DNA of 64,000 nucleotides, from contig CM120640.1 of the NCBI GenBank assembly GCA_051362555.1, positions 49,888,788-49,952,787 of the forward strand. Reading direction: 5' to 3'. The notes beneath the pieces were generated by a model, which saw only the letters and a list, made by a program, of their open reading frames with translations, was not told where the DNA came from and did no database searches. Below are positions 50,660-64,000 of the stretch, one piece after another. This DNA comes from Lingula anatina (taxonomy: Eukaryota > Animalia > Brachiopoda). Positions within the stretch are counted from its first letter, which is position 1; each line of letters begins with the position of its first letter. A program made the position numbers and the translations under genes.

Positions 50660-52698
50660 TAAAAGAAATGTTACCATTTTATGATGAAAATGACTTTCAT
50701 ACTTTATCATCAATATTATCAAGGGTGATGTGCTTTATGACATTATTCAAATAGCGTGAGGCACAGATGAGATGTGAACCTCATAATAACGGCGTTTAAG
50801 GAAATATTTCTGTCTTTCAGAGCATCTTCATCATTTAGTGAACGAGGCTATCTGACAGATGGCGAAATGTTGGAAGAAAGTTCAGTATTTAGCCGTTTAT
50901 TGAATAAAAGAATTCTTTGTTTTCATTTATTACTAAAAAGTTGGAAAAAATTGAAGAAATATGATTCCATATTTAATGTCAATCGTGTACATAAAGTAGT
51001 GAATCGTGGGGTTCGGGGCCCCCTTAAGAGATATATTTTAGAGATACGGTGTAGAACTATGATTCAGCTAGTCAAAATTCTAATTTCAAGAGGGAAACAG
51101 TGGTGTGGTTTTTTTCAGAAATCGAAGTGGGGTCAGGACCCCCCTGACACCCCCTCCCCCTAAATCCACCACTGCAGAGATACCCGTACGCATACAGTGC
51201 TAAAGCAACGTTAATGTACATGCGTGTCTCGCTTACTGGAAAATATTACCCTCTGCAAGGGACACAGATTGATTCTTCACTAAATATTCACAGATATGGA
51301 GCCTTAACGCAGAGCCAATCATCCAAGTCCTGGGAAGGAACTTAAGCAATTCTGTCGAGAATATCTTAGGGGGCCATGACCACCCATTTATTTTTCAGAA
51401 TGATAATTGCTACTCAACGTAAAGACAATGCAACAGAAGGCGGGGTTTTTTTTTTTCAGTTCACAGCACACAGTGTGACAGTGTAAATTTGGGACACAAC
51501 ACATGAAACGATTCTGTTAAATCTCTGTGTCTTATTGACATTTCGACTTCTTGCTATTGCGATGATGAAGACCTAACCGCAAGTGCGTCGATTGTTTCAG
51601 TTGAGTCTGCGATGTGTCACATCTGCACTGTTCACATCACGACGCAATGTGTCATTGAAAACTTCGAAGATTCATTTCAAATCACCTTTTAGATCTTAAA
51701 AAGTAAATAAGTTATAATACTGGTGTATCTATGAAGATCTACTGTAAAGATGCAATATGTTATCCAAGCATTCGGTCCCTAGGCCTTCTTCGGAGATTTT
51801 GAAAAAATAGTATTAAAAAAACATGCTCCTAGGATGCGTGACGCATCACCGACGGATTAGTTAGGGTAACACTGCTGAGGAACGGCCGGTTTTTGGATGC
51901 AGTCATTCTCTTCTCTAATTTGTCCATCTTTTCATCGTTTGCATTATGGACCTTTCTTTTATTGGCATACAACGATGTCCGCAGCTGTTATGTGAACTTG
52001 TTGTCACCGTCCAAACCCAATGTGTTTTGCTCCTAGCGTCCTAATTGGACGTGACGAATCCTTCAAATGTAGCAAGTTTAATTTAAAGACTCATATGACT
52101 TTATGACGTATGTTTACTGTAGAAGCCCAGGGTTTTAGTTCTTAAAGGTCACTTTGTTGTAATAAATTTTAGGACAGTATCGTTTTATACAACGAGCATT
52201 CTTTAATAATCAAGTTTTCAGCTAACGTGATCAGTGTCGTCACATAATTCTTTCTGTCTGAACTGAATAATATTTACACGTACCACAGCCGTTAAGCCCA
52301 ATAATAAAACAAAGTAATTGGAATTGTGATAAGATAAAACGTGCTACTTGTTTAGTATCTGCTTGCTTTATTTTCACTGTTACTTGAGGGTGTTTTTAGC
52401 GACATCTTTTTGAACCGATATTTTGAATAAACGCGTAGGTTCAATATCCAAACAACTGAAATGTTTAACCTTGGAAGTACAAAAGGCTTAGAACTGGGTT
52501 ATATCTCCATGCTTCTACTAACCTAGAAAATCTACAGTACAAAGTTCACTAAACTGTGGAATTCAAGTAAACAGCTGAAGTGCTGAATTGAACAGGAGTT
52601 TATAAACTGAAGATTTTTACTGGTATCTTATTAACCAATTGTTGATATAACAAATTAAAGTGGAGTGGAAACCATAACCAACATTCGTTCAACGGCAA

Positions 52699-55600
52699 AT
52701 GGATTTACCTGCAGATCGTTGGAGCAAGGACAACCTCATCAAGGTAAACGCACTTTAATTACAACTTATATACATGTATTTGATCAAGTAGAGATAACGC
52801 AGAAGACTATTGAACCTCCGAATTTTTTAGCATTAATGTAAAGAAACATCTAACAACATTTCCAGGTTCCAGACGCCGACAGCAATGAATTCACCTTGAT
52901 TGAGTATGCTGGTCGAAACTGGCCAGTGTTTCCAGGGTTATCACAGCGACTGGAAGAAGACTTGGCCCAGTTCAAAGCTAGACCTGACGATACGTGGATT
53001 ATTAATTGGCCCAAATCAGGTATCCAAAACATCATAAAGATCTCAATAAGGAAAGCGTTTCACACAAGAAAGTGAACATTTGAGTCATGTCAGTGACGCA
53101 CACGTTTTTTTTCAATATGTATCTAATTGATGTATATCACTAAGTAAAATTCGGGTACTTTGGTATTATCAACACAGATAAAATAATGGGGCAAGTTACC
53201 AGTAGATTTATGCAAAAATTACCCAATATGCATGCGGCACTGACGAGACACAAATGCTCACCTTTTGTGGAAAGACCCCCATAGAGGATGAAGTTTCGCA
53301 AACTGTATGTACATGTACTCAGGAACAACTGCCCTACCAGTACACGTTACACGTATAGGTCAGGTACATGTAGTAGAGACATGATAGGAATATATAATAT
53401 AATGACGGTGTTCACGTACAGGTGTGAAGAAGAGTTGCATAAACAGGCGGGTAGTTATCATTATACAGTGGTGTAAAAGAAAAAAAGGGTACATGTGATA
53501 TCTTAACATACAGTTCGTGCAGCAGTGATACAGCATTGATTACATAAGGCAGTAAATAAAAGCTTTATTTTCTCTCAAAGCAACATTGAAATCCCAAAAT
53601 ATATCAAACCCCATACTGACTATGAGGCTTTTTGATAAAATGATAAAGCCAATTCTAACATATGGTTGCGAGGCATGGTCTGAGGAACTATTTAAGTAAA
53701 AGAAAATGTCACTCAATTTCATCAATAAATTACCATTTGAACAAATTCATCTTAAAGCATGCAAATGGGCATTAGGTGTGAAAAAAATCTACAAATAATA
53801 GTGCAGAATTAGGTAGATACCCCATATTCTGTGATGTTGTTAAACTAACACAAAATTTTGCAAAAAGACTGGACAAATTACCGGACACGAGAATTGTTAA
53901 ACAGGTATACAATCAACAGAAAAATGATAAAATACCCGGCTGGTCCTCAGCCACAAAAACAATGCTTGAAACTTGGAAACTTACTAACCATTTCGGGAAC
54001 ATGCCACAAACATTTCACGGCTATCCTGATTTGGATCAAGAAATATTAAAGAAAGTTGAATGTCTCTTCTGGGAAGAATTACATACTGACAAATTCAGTA
54101 AATTAAGAACCTATAAAGCCCTAAAAACTCGTACAATGGCGAACAATACCTGCAACTCGACATTCCAGCCCATTACAAAATAGCAATATCAAAACTCAGG
54201 CTTAGTGACCACAATTTACAAATTGAAAGGGGGAGACATAAATCTCCTAAAACACCAATGGAAGAAAGATTTTGTCCACACTGCAAAAATGTTATCGAAG
54301 ACGAAAAGCACTTTTTCCTGATCTGCACTCAGCATCAACGTCAGCGTAAAAAAAATGTTTGATTCCCTGTCACGATTCTCCGGTCTATCAGGCACTGATG
54401 ATGATGATAGCAAAATAATACAAATTCTCAATCCACAGTGTCGTGCAAGTGCATCAGCAGTGGCCAAGTTTATACAGTCAGTTATGCCTAAGTAGCAAAT
54501 ACATATTGTACAAAATACTATATCCAGTATTTTAAGATTGTGTCTTACTATTGTGACATACATGTATATGTATGAAGTAGTTAGCTTATATGTATTTTGG
54601 TATTTGAATGATATAAAGTAGTTATACTTATTTAAGCTCATGTGCACAATTTATATAAGATTGTAGTTTAGAGAGCTTGTAAAATGTAACTGTAGACATT
54701 TTATTGCTCAATAAATTATTATTATTATTATAAAAAGAGATACCCCAAGTAGTAAAGCTACAAGGAAGTTGAAAGGATATAGTCCAGCAAAAAAAGTAAT
54801 ATAAATTGCTCAAGTAGGAGACAAAATAACAACCTTGAACAGAGTAAAGTATAAAAAGGGCCCTGTCGGTTTTCTTATTATATAGTTGAATATTTATATA
54901 GGTAGGTTTGTTCTGACTTGTACGTGTCTGTATGTAATATGTTAATTTGAAAATTGATCATTACAGTAAGTTCTTTATCAAATTCTAGGAACACACTGGT
55001 GTTGGGAGATATGCAGTATGCTAGTCAGTGGTAAAGCCGAGTTGTTACAACAATCCAAGTTAACTGCTATGTACCCTGAAGCCGTGGGAAACGCTGAAAT
55101 AGAGCCCATGCCATCACCGCGGGTATTAAACACCCACGTCACCCCTGATTACTTCCCAAAAGAAGCTCTAGAGAATTCCAAGCTGATCTTTACAGTAAGA
55201 CATCCCAAGGATGTGGCCGTGTCTTATTTCTACCATTTAAAAGGGATAAAGTTTTATCAGTATGAAACAGGAGCATGGGCTGGATATTTTCCTGTCTTCT
55301 TAGAGGGAAGAGGTAGGCTATGTTGTAATGAACCTTCTTTGTTTGTGTACATTTCATACATGTATACAGTAAATGCATTCCAGTATGAATAGAAAATATT
55401 TATTAGTACAACACAAATTGGCATACTGCAAAGTTTTGTAAAATGTCACTACTGCCACCTATGTTATCCTTCAGTACGTAATAACATGTATTTGAGAATA
55501 CAGCACAAGTTCCTTTGAAATCTTTCAATAATGTATTTTTTGTTAAATACATGTAGCAGGCATGAGCGCTACCGCGGCCTGCTGCATGAGAATGACTGTG

Positions 55601-56827
55601 ACATGGTAATGTAAAGAATGAAAAGACTAAAATTCCTTTAAGACACCTCTTTTACTGTTTAGAACGTTACGTTGGAATATTTTTTCTGGGAATTAATCCA
55701 TGCAAGACCAAAAATAGAAACTCTTCATCAAAGTTGGAAAATAGTTCACTGTATTATTGCTAACATTAATATTTAGGTGAAAACGGAGACTGGATAAACC
55801 ATACAGAGTCATGGTTGTCTGTTCTGGATGACAAATCCAACGCTCTTGTTCTCAAGTTTGAAGACTTGAAAAAGGTTCGTTTTCTATAGTTTCTGCGTTT
55901 TGTCTTATTGTAGAGGTATAATCTATTTTAATAGTTATATGAGATCCGTAATACATCTATTAGGGGTAAAGTACCTTTAGCAGTTTCGTCTTATCATTTT
56001 TTCTTTACTCACATGTTACATTTCCCCTGAATTTCAGGACTTAAGAAAAGAAGTTCAACGCATCGCCGAGTTTCTTGAAGTTTCGGGCACAGATGAATTT
56101 TATGACGAGGTTGCTCGGCTTTGTTCCTTTGACAGTATGAAGGAAGGAAAAACGCCAGGTCCAGATATATGGAGACAGGAGGCATCGGGTTTCTTCAGGA
56201 AAGGTAAGTTTTCTTCCCTTTTACATAATATTCACTTATAAATTTCATTTATCAAAATTACTCAATTTCAGTTCGAATAAGTCTGCCTTTTTCTTTTTGA
56301 TAGTGCTTAAATTTTATGTTGCCGTTCTCTTACAGAACTGACATTTGAATCATGCCAATACGAAGCGCATTCAGAACAGCGGACTAACAGATCCACGGAT
56401 CAAATGTGGCGACCCATATAAAAGCTTAATTCCCAATTAGACACTAAATAGATTCCCCGCGGGGATTTCGCAACATACAGTGAAGGGCATCGGCCATATT
56501 TGATCCGTGGATCTGTAAGTCCGCTGTTCTGAATGCGCTCATACATACCTGTACTGAATTGGCTTCAAAAGGTCCCCAGATTTGTAAAATCACTGTTAAT
56601 AGATATTCAGGAATTAATATCGACATTTCTTGAGGGGCAAGTTAATTCACGTATTCTCTGTATTTTCTGTTTACTGAAACATTAAAATTTATTTTTCTGT
56701 TACAGGTATAACTGAAGATTGGAAACATCACTTTACTGTTGCACAAAACGAAGAGTTCAACAGACGCTACCGCGAAACGCTCAAAGACACCATTCATACC
56801 AAGAAAATAGGATACGAGTTTTTGTAA
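52699..56827 (+). CDS. Cytosolic sulfotransferase (SULT1-like) copy B. Exons: 52699-52743, 52866-53019, 54989-55312, 55777-55874, 56038-56203, 56706-56827
   Basis: ARPDDTWIINWPKSGTHW (5'-PSB loop); PSPRVLNTH (catalytic His); RHPKDVAVSYFYH (3'-PB); FFRKGITEDWKHHFT; frame intact. Confidence 0.9.
53540..54731 (+). mobile_element. Degenerate 3' fragment of a non-LTR retrotransposon (LINE; RTE-X-like, tentative) in SULT-B intron 2
   Basis: Broken ORF2 C-terminus: LFDKMIKPILTYGCEAW, AELGRYP, KLRTYK, ISKLRLSDHNLQIERGRH...EERFCPHCKNVIEDEKHF. It ends in AATAAA plus an (ATT)n tail and contains stops and frameshifts. Confidence 0.82.
56361..56541. mobile_element. About 180-bp MITE with ~45-bp TIRs and TA flanks (Tc1/mariner-like) in SULT-B intron 5
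   Basis: gcgcattcagaacagcggactaacagatccacggatcaaat ... atttgatccgtggatctgtaagtccgctgttctgaatgcgc; absent from the homologous intron of copy A. Confidence 0.8.
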
Positions 56828-57485
56828 TAAAACACATAAGTGACGATATGAGGCGGACAATAATGATTCCCCTATTTTATCATCATAGATCTTGAGAGTG
56901 TAATACATGATAGCCTGTGTATAAAACACGATGCTTAAGCTTCAGTCGGTATTACAGGGACATTAAGTACGTGAGGAGGTGTCTTATTGCTAGTGAAATC
57001 CCTGTCCTATATTGTCACACCGTCAGGTTCTATCAGTGATACGAAACATGAGTTTCGCGAATCATTCGATGACACAGCATTCTTAGTCTAGAAACCCAGG
57101 ATCTTAACTCTTAACATAATTTTGATTTAGGAACTTTCGGGACGGTACCGTTTTCTGCTCTGAACATTTTGTAATAAAACTTTTGTCAACATCATTTGTG
57201 GACTAAACGATATTTATTTATGGCCGTTATCCAATTCTCGAGTACTAATTGAACATTAACAGTAGCAAACCATAATCCAATTATTTGATTATTGACTCAA
57301 TACCTGATCCCCAGGGCTACTGACCTAAGTTGCAATCTGCACAAAGTTCATAAAAATCGTATTCATCGCGTGACGCAGCAGTTTTAATTTCGATATAAAT
57401 GCAGGCATGTAGATTTTGTTATTCAAAGATAGTAGTGATCTAACGGGAGTGGAAATATCTGTAAAAACATATATTTGTTCAGCGG

Positions 57486-57901
57486 ATGATGAATCTTGGG
57501 AGCAAAGACAACATTGTCAAGGTAAAATCGCTAAATTTTTCAGGAAGCAAGAAACACAGATGAGTAATACCTCAAAATAACGACTTTTAAGAAAACATTG
57601 TTCTTAGAAGTGTCAAAAAACATTTTAGGTTCCAGACGGTGAAGGCAGTGAAATCACCTTGCTTGAGTATGGGGGGCTGCATTGGCCCGTATTCCCCGGG
57701 TTATCACAGCGACTGGAGGAAGACTTGGCTCGGTTCAAAGCTAGACCTGACGATATGTGGATTATCAATTGGCCTAGATCAGGTAGTGGAAACAAAGAAA
57801 ATATTTATTAGTGTTAAGTTTACATATTATTATTTATCTTCTTAGTATATGATGTATATTTACTCGAAGTCCTCGTGTAGTGTATCCTTCGGTAACAACA
57901 G

Positions 57902-57943
<42 letters not shown>

Positions 57944-60814
57944 CATGAGCGCCGAAACTGGAATATCGTAAAGATATTCGGTGGCACAATGACAGCCCTT
58001 CTGTAGTCTCTTTTAGATGAATTCGGGATGGAGTCTTGATCAAGACTGCCCGAATCCACTGGTAGGCTACATGTTGTAAGATGTACATTCACAGGAAAAG
58101 TTGCGGATTCGGAAAAAATAATGATTTACATGTAATTTTTATTTTCGACATCGTAGCTTTTGGCAGTCACATGATGAAAAGTAAAAGAGGAAGAAGTGAA
58201 AATTTTAATTGACAAAGAAAGCAACATGTTTTATAATACATGTAATAAGTTTTAAAATGTGATGTACGTACATGATAAATATGATACGTAAACACATAAT
58301 TAATTGAACAACAAGTTATTTTTCTTACACTTATGCTGTAACTTTAAGACACAAAATTTCTGACGTTAATTTTTGATAAAATAATAATATAAGTCGGCCT
58401 TGCTCACGAACTACATGAGATTCATGAGATGGCTCTTCCCCACTCCAGCTGGTCTATGATTACTGCCTAAAGTGACCCATTAAGTTCACTTGACTTAAAT
58501 GACAAGCACTCTCTAAAGTACTAAAAATATCAGAAAAAAATGGTTATTATAATTACGATAATAAAATGATAATTATGACGATAATGATAATAACAGTACA
58601 TGCCCTAAGCATATCAGTATGTACAGCTACATGTATTTTGACCTGTGTAACGTGACAGAGAGTCCCCCATGACAGAGGGTCCGTTTCCCATTCATTTGTG
58701 CAGGTGAGCCTCGCCCTAGATTTTGACCCACTTAGGTCAGACTAACCCTAACCGTTATAACTATATGGAGGGTGGACTTTCTCTTACACGGACCCTCAGT
58801 TTCGCTACACCGGCACGGGTCGGCAGCTAGAAGTGAGGTAGTGTGTATGCGTCTATAATATGCTGCATATTAATCTTATAAGTACCTCATTATTCATATA
58901 GGTACACACTGGTGTTGGGAGATATGCAGTATGCTAGTCAGTGGTAAAGCTGAGCTGTTACAACAATCTAAAGTTACTGCAATGTACCCTGATTTTGTGG
59001 GAAACGCTGAAGTAGAACCCATACCATCACCACGGGTATTGAACACCCATGTCGCCCCTGATTATTTCCCAAAAGAAGCTCTAGAGAATTCCAAGCTGAT
59101 CTTTACAGTTAGACATCCCAAGGATGTGGCCGTTTCCCATTTTCACCACTTAAAGGGGATAAAGTTTTACCAATATGAGACCGGAACTTGGGCTGGCTAC
59201 CTTCCATTTTTCTTAGAGGGGAAAAGTACGTCATATTTTCTTTATTTTTCAGTTGATGTTTTTTGGATCATCCTTAATACATAATAGAAAATTGAATATG
59301 TAAAGCAATAATATATGTAATATATTAATACTTAATATTTAGTAAAAGCATACGGAATTGTTGCAACTACCAAGATATGTTTACCCCATTTAAGTAGACC
59401 GCTCACACTAGTTTTTTTATATTGATTATATTTTAGTTCTAATTTAAATTAAAGAATAGCATAGATTTGTGCCTCCGCGGCCTATCCCATGGAAATTAAA
59501 GTACGACAAGTACAGAGCAGTTAACTTAGCTTTAGCCTTGTCCACAAAAATATCTATGTCATACGGACAATTTATAATTATTGGCGAGAAATGTAAAGGT
59601 AATTTTCGAACCCTTTAAAAATTCTGTGAGCTGTTCCTTTTTACTGACGATCAAATAAAGTCGGAGTCGTTTAGTTTCTCATCATAGTTACTAAGGTGTT
59701 TTCTGTATTATAAATAGCATTGTCATTTAGATGACTACGGAGACTGGTTGAACCATACAGAGTCTTGGTTGTCTGTCCTGAAGGGGAAACCCAACGCACT
59801 TATTCTCAGCTTTGAGGACTTGAAAAAGGTTCGTTTTCTATTTTTGCAGTTCACCGTATTGTACAAGTGTTCCTTATACTTTTGTCATCAATAAATTAAT
59901 CAATTGAAAGTAATTGGTTAATTTCTTAATCCATATTTGGCACAATGGTTCGGAATTTTAGGACTTTTCGTATTTATTATGGCCAACAGTTTCAATTTCT
60001 TATCATCTCTTCTTAGGCATATCTAACACATTTTCCCGGAATTTCAGGACTTAAGAAAAGAAGTTCAACGCATCGCCGAGTTCCTTGAAGTTTCGGGCAC
60101 AGGTGAATTTTATGACGACGTTACTCGGCTTTGTTCCTTTGCCAATATGAAGGAAGGAAAAGCGTCCGGTCCAGATATATGGAGAAAGGAGGCATCGGGA
60201 TTCTTCAGGAAAGGTAAGAAGGAGATTGGCGTCTGTTTAGGATTTTAACTCATCAAGACCCTGTTACGAGGGGCTTGCGACCGATTGGAAAGAGTTTTGC
60301 CCATTATCGTCCCCTTCAAAGCTGGGGCTTTTTAAAACAATCTTTGGTGGAAAATATTGAACTCATACAACAGTGTTAATGGACACTTTAGGCGTTTGCA
60401 CTTAGGCGTTGCAGCCATAACTTTTGTTACATTTTGTGGAAGTTGGCCAAAATTCGTTGTCCAAGCAGTAGCAAGCCCAGTGTCACAGTGTAAAAATACA
60501 TGTTTACATCCTTGGACCTACTTCACTTCAAAAAGGCGTCAATATTAGTGAAATTAGTGAAGATATATCTTTGTCCGGCATTCATATAATCGTTTCTTAT
60601 ATATTTCGGAGGATAAAGGTAAACGGTTGCTATTAACGAGGATGCAATTTTCTTTTTCCGTTTACTAAAACACGAATATTTTCTCTTGTCAGGTAAAAGT
60701 GGAGATTGGAAAAAACACTTTTCTGTTGCACAAAATGAAGAGTTCAACAGACGCTACAACGAAAGGCTCATGGAAACTATTCACACCAAGGAAATAGGAT
60801 ACGAATTTTTGTAA
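57486..60814 (+). CDS. Cytosolic sulfotransferase (SULT1-like) copy C. Exons: 57486-57521, 57629-57782, 58902-59225, 59731-59828, 60048-60213, 60693-60814
   Basis: ARPDDMWIINWPRSGTHW; PSPRVLNTH; RHPKDVAVSHFHH; FFRKGKSGDWKKHFS; frame intact. Confidence 0.9.
57904..57942. repeat. (AAT)n microsatellite
   Basis: About 13 AAT units. Confidence 0.9.
58641..58813. mobile_element. Small imperfect inverted-repeat element (MITE-like) in SULT-C intron 2
   Basis: cctgtgtaacgtgacagag...gagggtccgt pairs with acggaccctcagtttcgctacaccgg; internal taaccctaacc. Confidence 0.45.
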
Positions 60815-61844
60815 TAAAAGAAATACGTAATTATCTGATGGTGAATATTGGCTATTGAATCTTACTTTTCTTGATCATCCGCGTGAAAAACAATTAGCTT
60901 TTGGGGAGGGCATGTTGCTTAAATGGACTAAAGACATAATTCTGGTATTTAATCTATCCGTTTGTTATGGTATTTACTTGTTAAGGTGCATTAAATGCAC
61001 AAGAAAGTGTATTCACCGTCCCATATTTTCACACCCTCGAGTGCTCGACCTCAACTGATAAGATAGGTTGGGGTTATGCAAATCATTTGGTAGAGCCGCA
61101 GACTTACGGATGAAACCAATGGCTTCAATTTGTATGATCATCTCCATAAAGAACTTTCAGGTTGTTACTGTTTTCTGCTCTAAACATTCTGTTATAAATA
61201 TCTTATTAACATCATTTGTGGATTTGAGAATATTTATCTATAGCCAATAGCCATTTTGTGCATGTCTCCTTTTTTATCTTCTTTAATATGTTTGAGATCA
61301 AATTGAACTGTAACAGTCGGCAATGTTAACCCAGCCCGGGAGCAACCGACCTGCCGCTAGGTGGACATTAAACAAACCGGGAGTTCTAGCAATTTGGGTG
61401 AATTTTTTAGATTTACAGGGTGTCAGAAACAGTGGAATATCTCGGCTAATGAGGTTTTAAGAGTTTTGATATGTATATCGTCATTTAAAGAAATAAATTT
61501 CAAATCATGCGAGATTTTCCTCGAGTGGATCTAGGTCCTATTTTGCGTACAAAAGGGAGTTTAAAATCGAAATTTTACTAAAGCTGCTACGAAGGTTTAA
61601 CTTCAACTCCAATGCTTGCATTCTTAGATATCAGGTGCGAATTTTAAATTACCAGTAAGTTGTGACAGTATTTAAAAATGATATAGGTTTCTCTGTTATA
61701 ATAATTTTAGGCCAAGGAATGGCAAAATGATTATAATCCTGGTCCCATTCATGTTCTTCAAGCCTAGAAAAATATTAAATAAAATTTTTAAAAAGTTTTT
61801 AAAAGTAACATAAAAATACTTTTCTAACTGCATATATCTTTCCA

Positions 61845-61895
<51 letters not shown>

Positions 61896-61938
61896 ACACA
61901 CACAACAACAATAACAACAACACACTAAAATCAATATA

Positions 61939-62880
61939 AACTAGAGGATCAGAGAGGCGATACCGCCTCCGGATATTGTACCACCAGCTGGAGCAAGCGC
62001 ATTCGTATGGGAAAATAACAAGAGTTCTCAAAATATGCAAAAAAATGTGAAAAAACAAACCTGTAAACATGGTCCAGTGAACCAGATTTTCGAATTGACC
62101 TGTATTTTCCTAACATTGATCGCTCCTGTGATTTTCTAGACAATAGACCAATTGGTTTTCCTTGAAATGTGTTATCAGTGTTGTATATGCGGACAAAAGA
62201 GAAAACCTAGGGGTAACACTGGGCATATCTTTGCTAGTTTTGAAAATATGAGGGGCAAAAAAATATGTTCAGTTCAAGGTGAAAAATTAGGCCAAAGGTC
62301 AATTTCAGGGTCACAGCTAGATTGCCAGTATATGACTTCCTATTCAAGTTACTATGGGCGTATCTTTGCCAGTTTTGGAGATATAAAGATCAGAAAACTT
62401 GCAAAGTGCAGTTCATCATGAAAAGTAGGTCAAAGATCAATTTCAAGGCCACAGTTAGATTAACAGTATATGACTTCCTATTCAAGTCCAATTGTAACTA
62501 TGGGCGTATCTCTGCTGATTTTGGAGTATTTCACATTTTATTTTCACCACTGAATATTTTGATATAGCGCAATGCCAAAACCGTATCGAAAACGAAAAAT
62601 GGACACCATGTCCAATATTGTGCTTGACAAGTTCTACAAAATGCTAAAATCAGAAGGTCTCTAGCATTTACGGTTCCAGAATTAGAGAGAGTTTTCAGTT
62701 TCGGTATCTAATGGCTGCTTCTCTCGTGATTGACCCCAAACTCCCAAAGATGAAAGGAGTCCTTAATTGTAAACCCTCACTATAAGTATAATACGAGAAC
62801 TTAGGTCTGTGTAGTTTCGGAAAATTGGCACAAACAAATACTTTCTGCTGAAAATTCCCATTTTTTTAAATTTTGGCCCA
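61939..62880. mobile_element. Probable interspersed repeat beginning aactagag, with an internal ~75-bp duplication
   Basis: tcaatttc..ggtcacag.tagatt..cagtatatgacttcctattcaagt...ctatgggcgtatct occurs at about 62298 and about 62437; it is flanked by simple repeats. Confidence 0.4.
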
Positions 62881-62901
62881 TGAGTACCGCCAGCGTACAC
62901 G

Positions 62902-62902
<1 letters not shown>

Positions 62903-62979
<77 letters not shown>
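62903..62979. repeat. (TA)n microsatellite
   Basis: Long pure TA run. Confidence 0.95.
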
Positions 62980-62981
<2 letters not shown>

Positions 62982-63109
62982 ATATTGATATCATATATTT
63001 GTCCCCTGAAAAAAGTGCATGTGTACAATTAAAATTTGTTATTCATATTTTTGAAAACATGCTTGTGGTTGTTTTTCAATTTTGTAACTTTCACAACTAC
63101 ATTTACAAG

Positions 63110-63428
63110 CATGTATGTATCCCCACACTCACCCCATGCACACACATGTATGTATCCCCACACTCACCCCATGCACACACATGTATGTATCCCCACACTC
63201 ACCCCATGCACACACATGTATGTATCCCCACACTCACCCCTTGCACACACATGTATGTATCCCCACACTCACCCCATGCACACACATGTATGTATCCCCA
63301 CACTCACCCCATGCACACACATGTATGTATCCCCACACTCACCCCATGCACACACATGTATGTATCCCCACACTCACCCCATGCACACACATGTATGTAT
63401 CCCCACACTCACCCCATGCACACACATG
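63110..63428. repeat. 35-bp minisatellite, 9 near-identical copies (catgtatgtatccccacactcaccccatgcacaca)
   Basis: Direct tandem repeats; only one substitution seen (near 63241). Confidence 0.95.
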
Positions 63429-63852
63429 CAGGACGGATAACAATGCCAATCCACAAACCATTTCATCTTTTTTACAACAAAGCATGATGTAATTGCATAA
63501 GAAAGCAAGTATAAAATATTTAACTGTGAATTCATTCAACATATGAGACTAGACTGCCAGGGCTATCAGCCGACACTGTGATTAATTACGCTAAATATAC
63601 ACCTTGTTGGAAAAATCGAAAATCACCAAGTTACAGGTTTGGTCAGTTCCCAAAAATTTTACATGTTTAAAAATGAATGTCAAACTAAGAAAAAAAACTA
63701 AACAGATAGAAGAAAAATCCTTCATCTGCATTTGGCACCATTAAAAAACACATGTTTACAACGCAGCTTTGTGTGCGGCCATTTTGGAAGAAGAATGTAA
63801 CTTCAGAAAATACTCAGTGAAATCGATACACGTGTGGTGTATATAATGTAAC

Positions 63853-64000
63853 TTAAAGGGATAATAACTCTACGTATGATATCTTTATTTCACAATAAAA
63901 ACATTGTGAACAACTCATAGAAATATAATATATTCTGTTTTACCACAAAAACGGCAGTTATAGCTATTATTCTGATATCTGAGCTTGTCTTCAGATCACG
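63853..64000 (-). mobile_element. TTAA/AGGG MITE copy 3, inverted orientation, truncated by the window edge
   Basis: ttaaagggataataactctacgtatga...cacaataaaaacattgtgaacaactcatagaaat is the reverse complement of the right end of 31768-32118. Confidence 0.85.

Noticed and set aside
63110-63428. CRISPR-like array
   Set aside because: The units are head-to-tail with no unique spacers, the context is eukaryotic, and there are no cas genes.
62801-63542. His/Pro/Cys-rich and YI-repeat ORFs
   Set aside because: These are translation artefacts of the (TA)n microsatellite and the 35-bp minisatellite.

Overview
This is AT-rich, intron-containing animal genomic DNA, probably from a lophotrochozoan such as a mollusc (inferred from gene families and repeats). 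Exons were reconstructed by hand from GT..AG junctions and reading-frame continuity. (1) 579-10299 (+): the 3' part of a class C (mGluR/CaSR-like) GPCR with at least FIVE tandem Venus-flytrap (VFT) domains before a single 7TM; the gene starts left of the window. (2) 11867-34738 (-), convergent with it: a polycystin-1-like (PKD1L) gene whose ectodomain has 3 kringles, about 5 C-type lectin domains, a mucin WxxW/CysD domain nested inside one lectin domain, a 75-bp coding repeat, a possible beta-solenoid exon and a Cys-less, probably uncleavable GPS. (3) 41781-44762 (-): a small-exon gene, almost invisible in the ORF track, encoding ZO-1/Polychaetoid-like PDZ1+PDZ2 only. (4) 46976-60814 (+): three tandem cytosolic sulfotransferase genes, the first a probable pseudogene. 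Several MITEs, a LINE fragment and satellites are also present.
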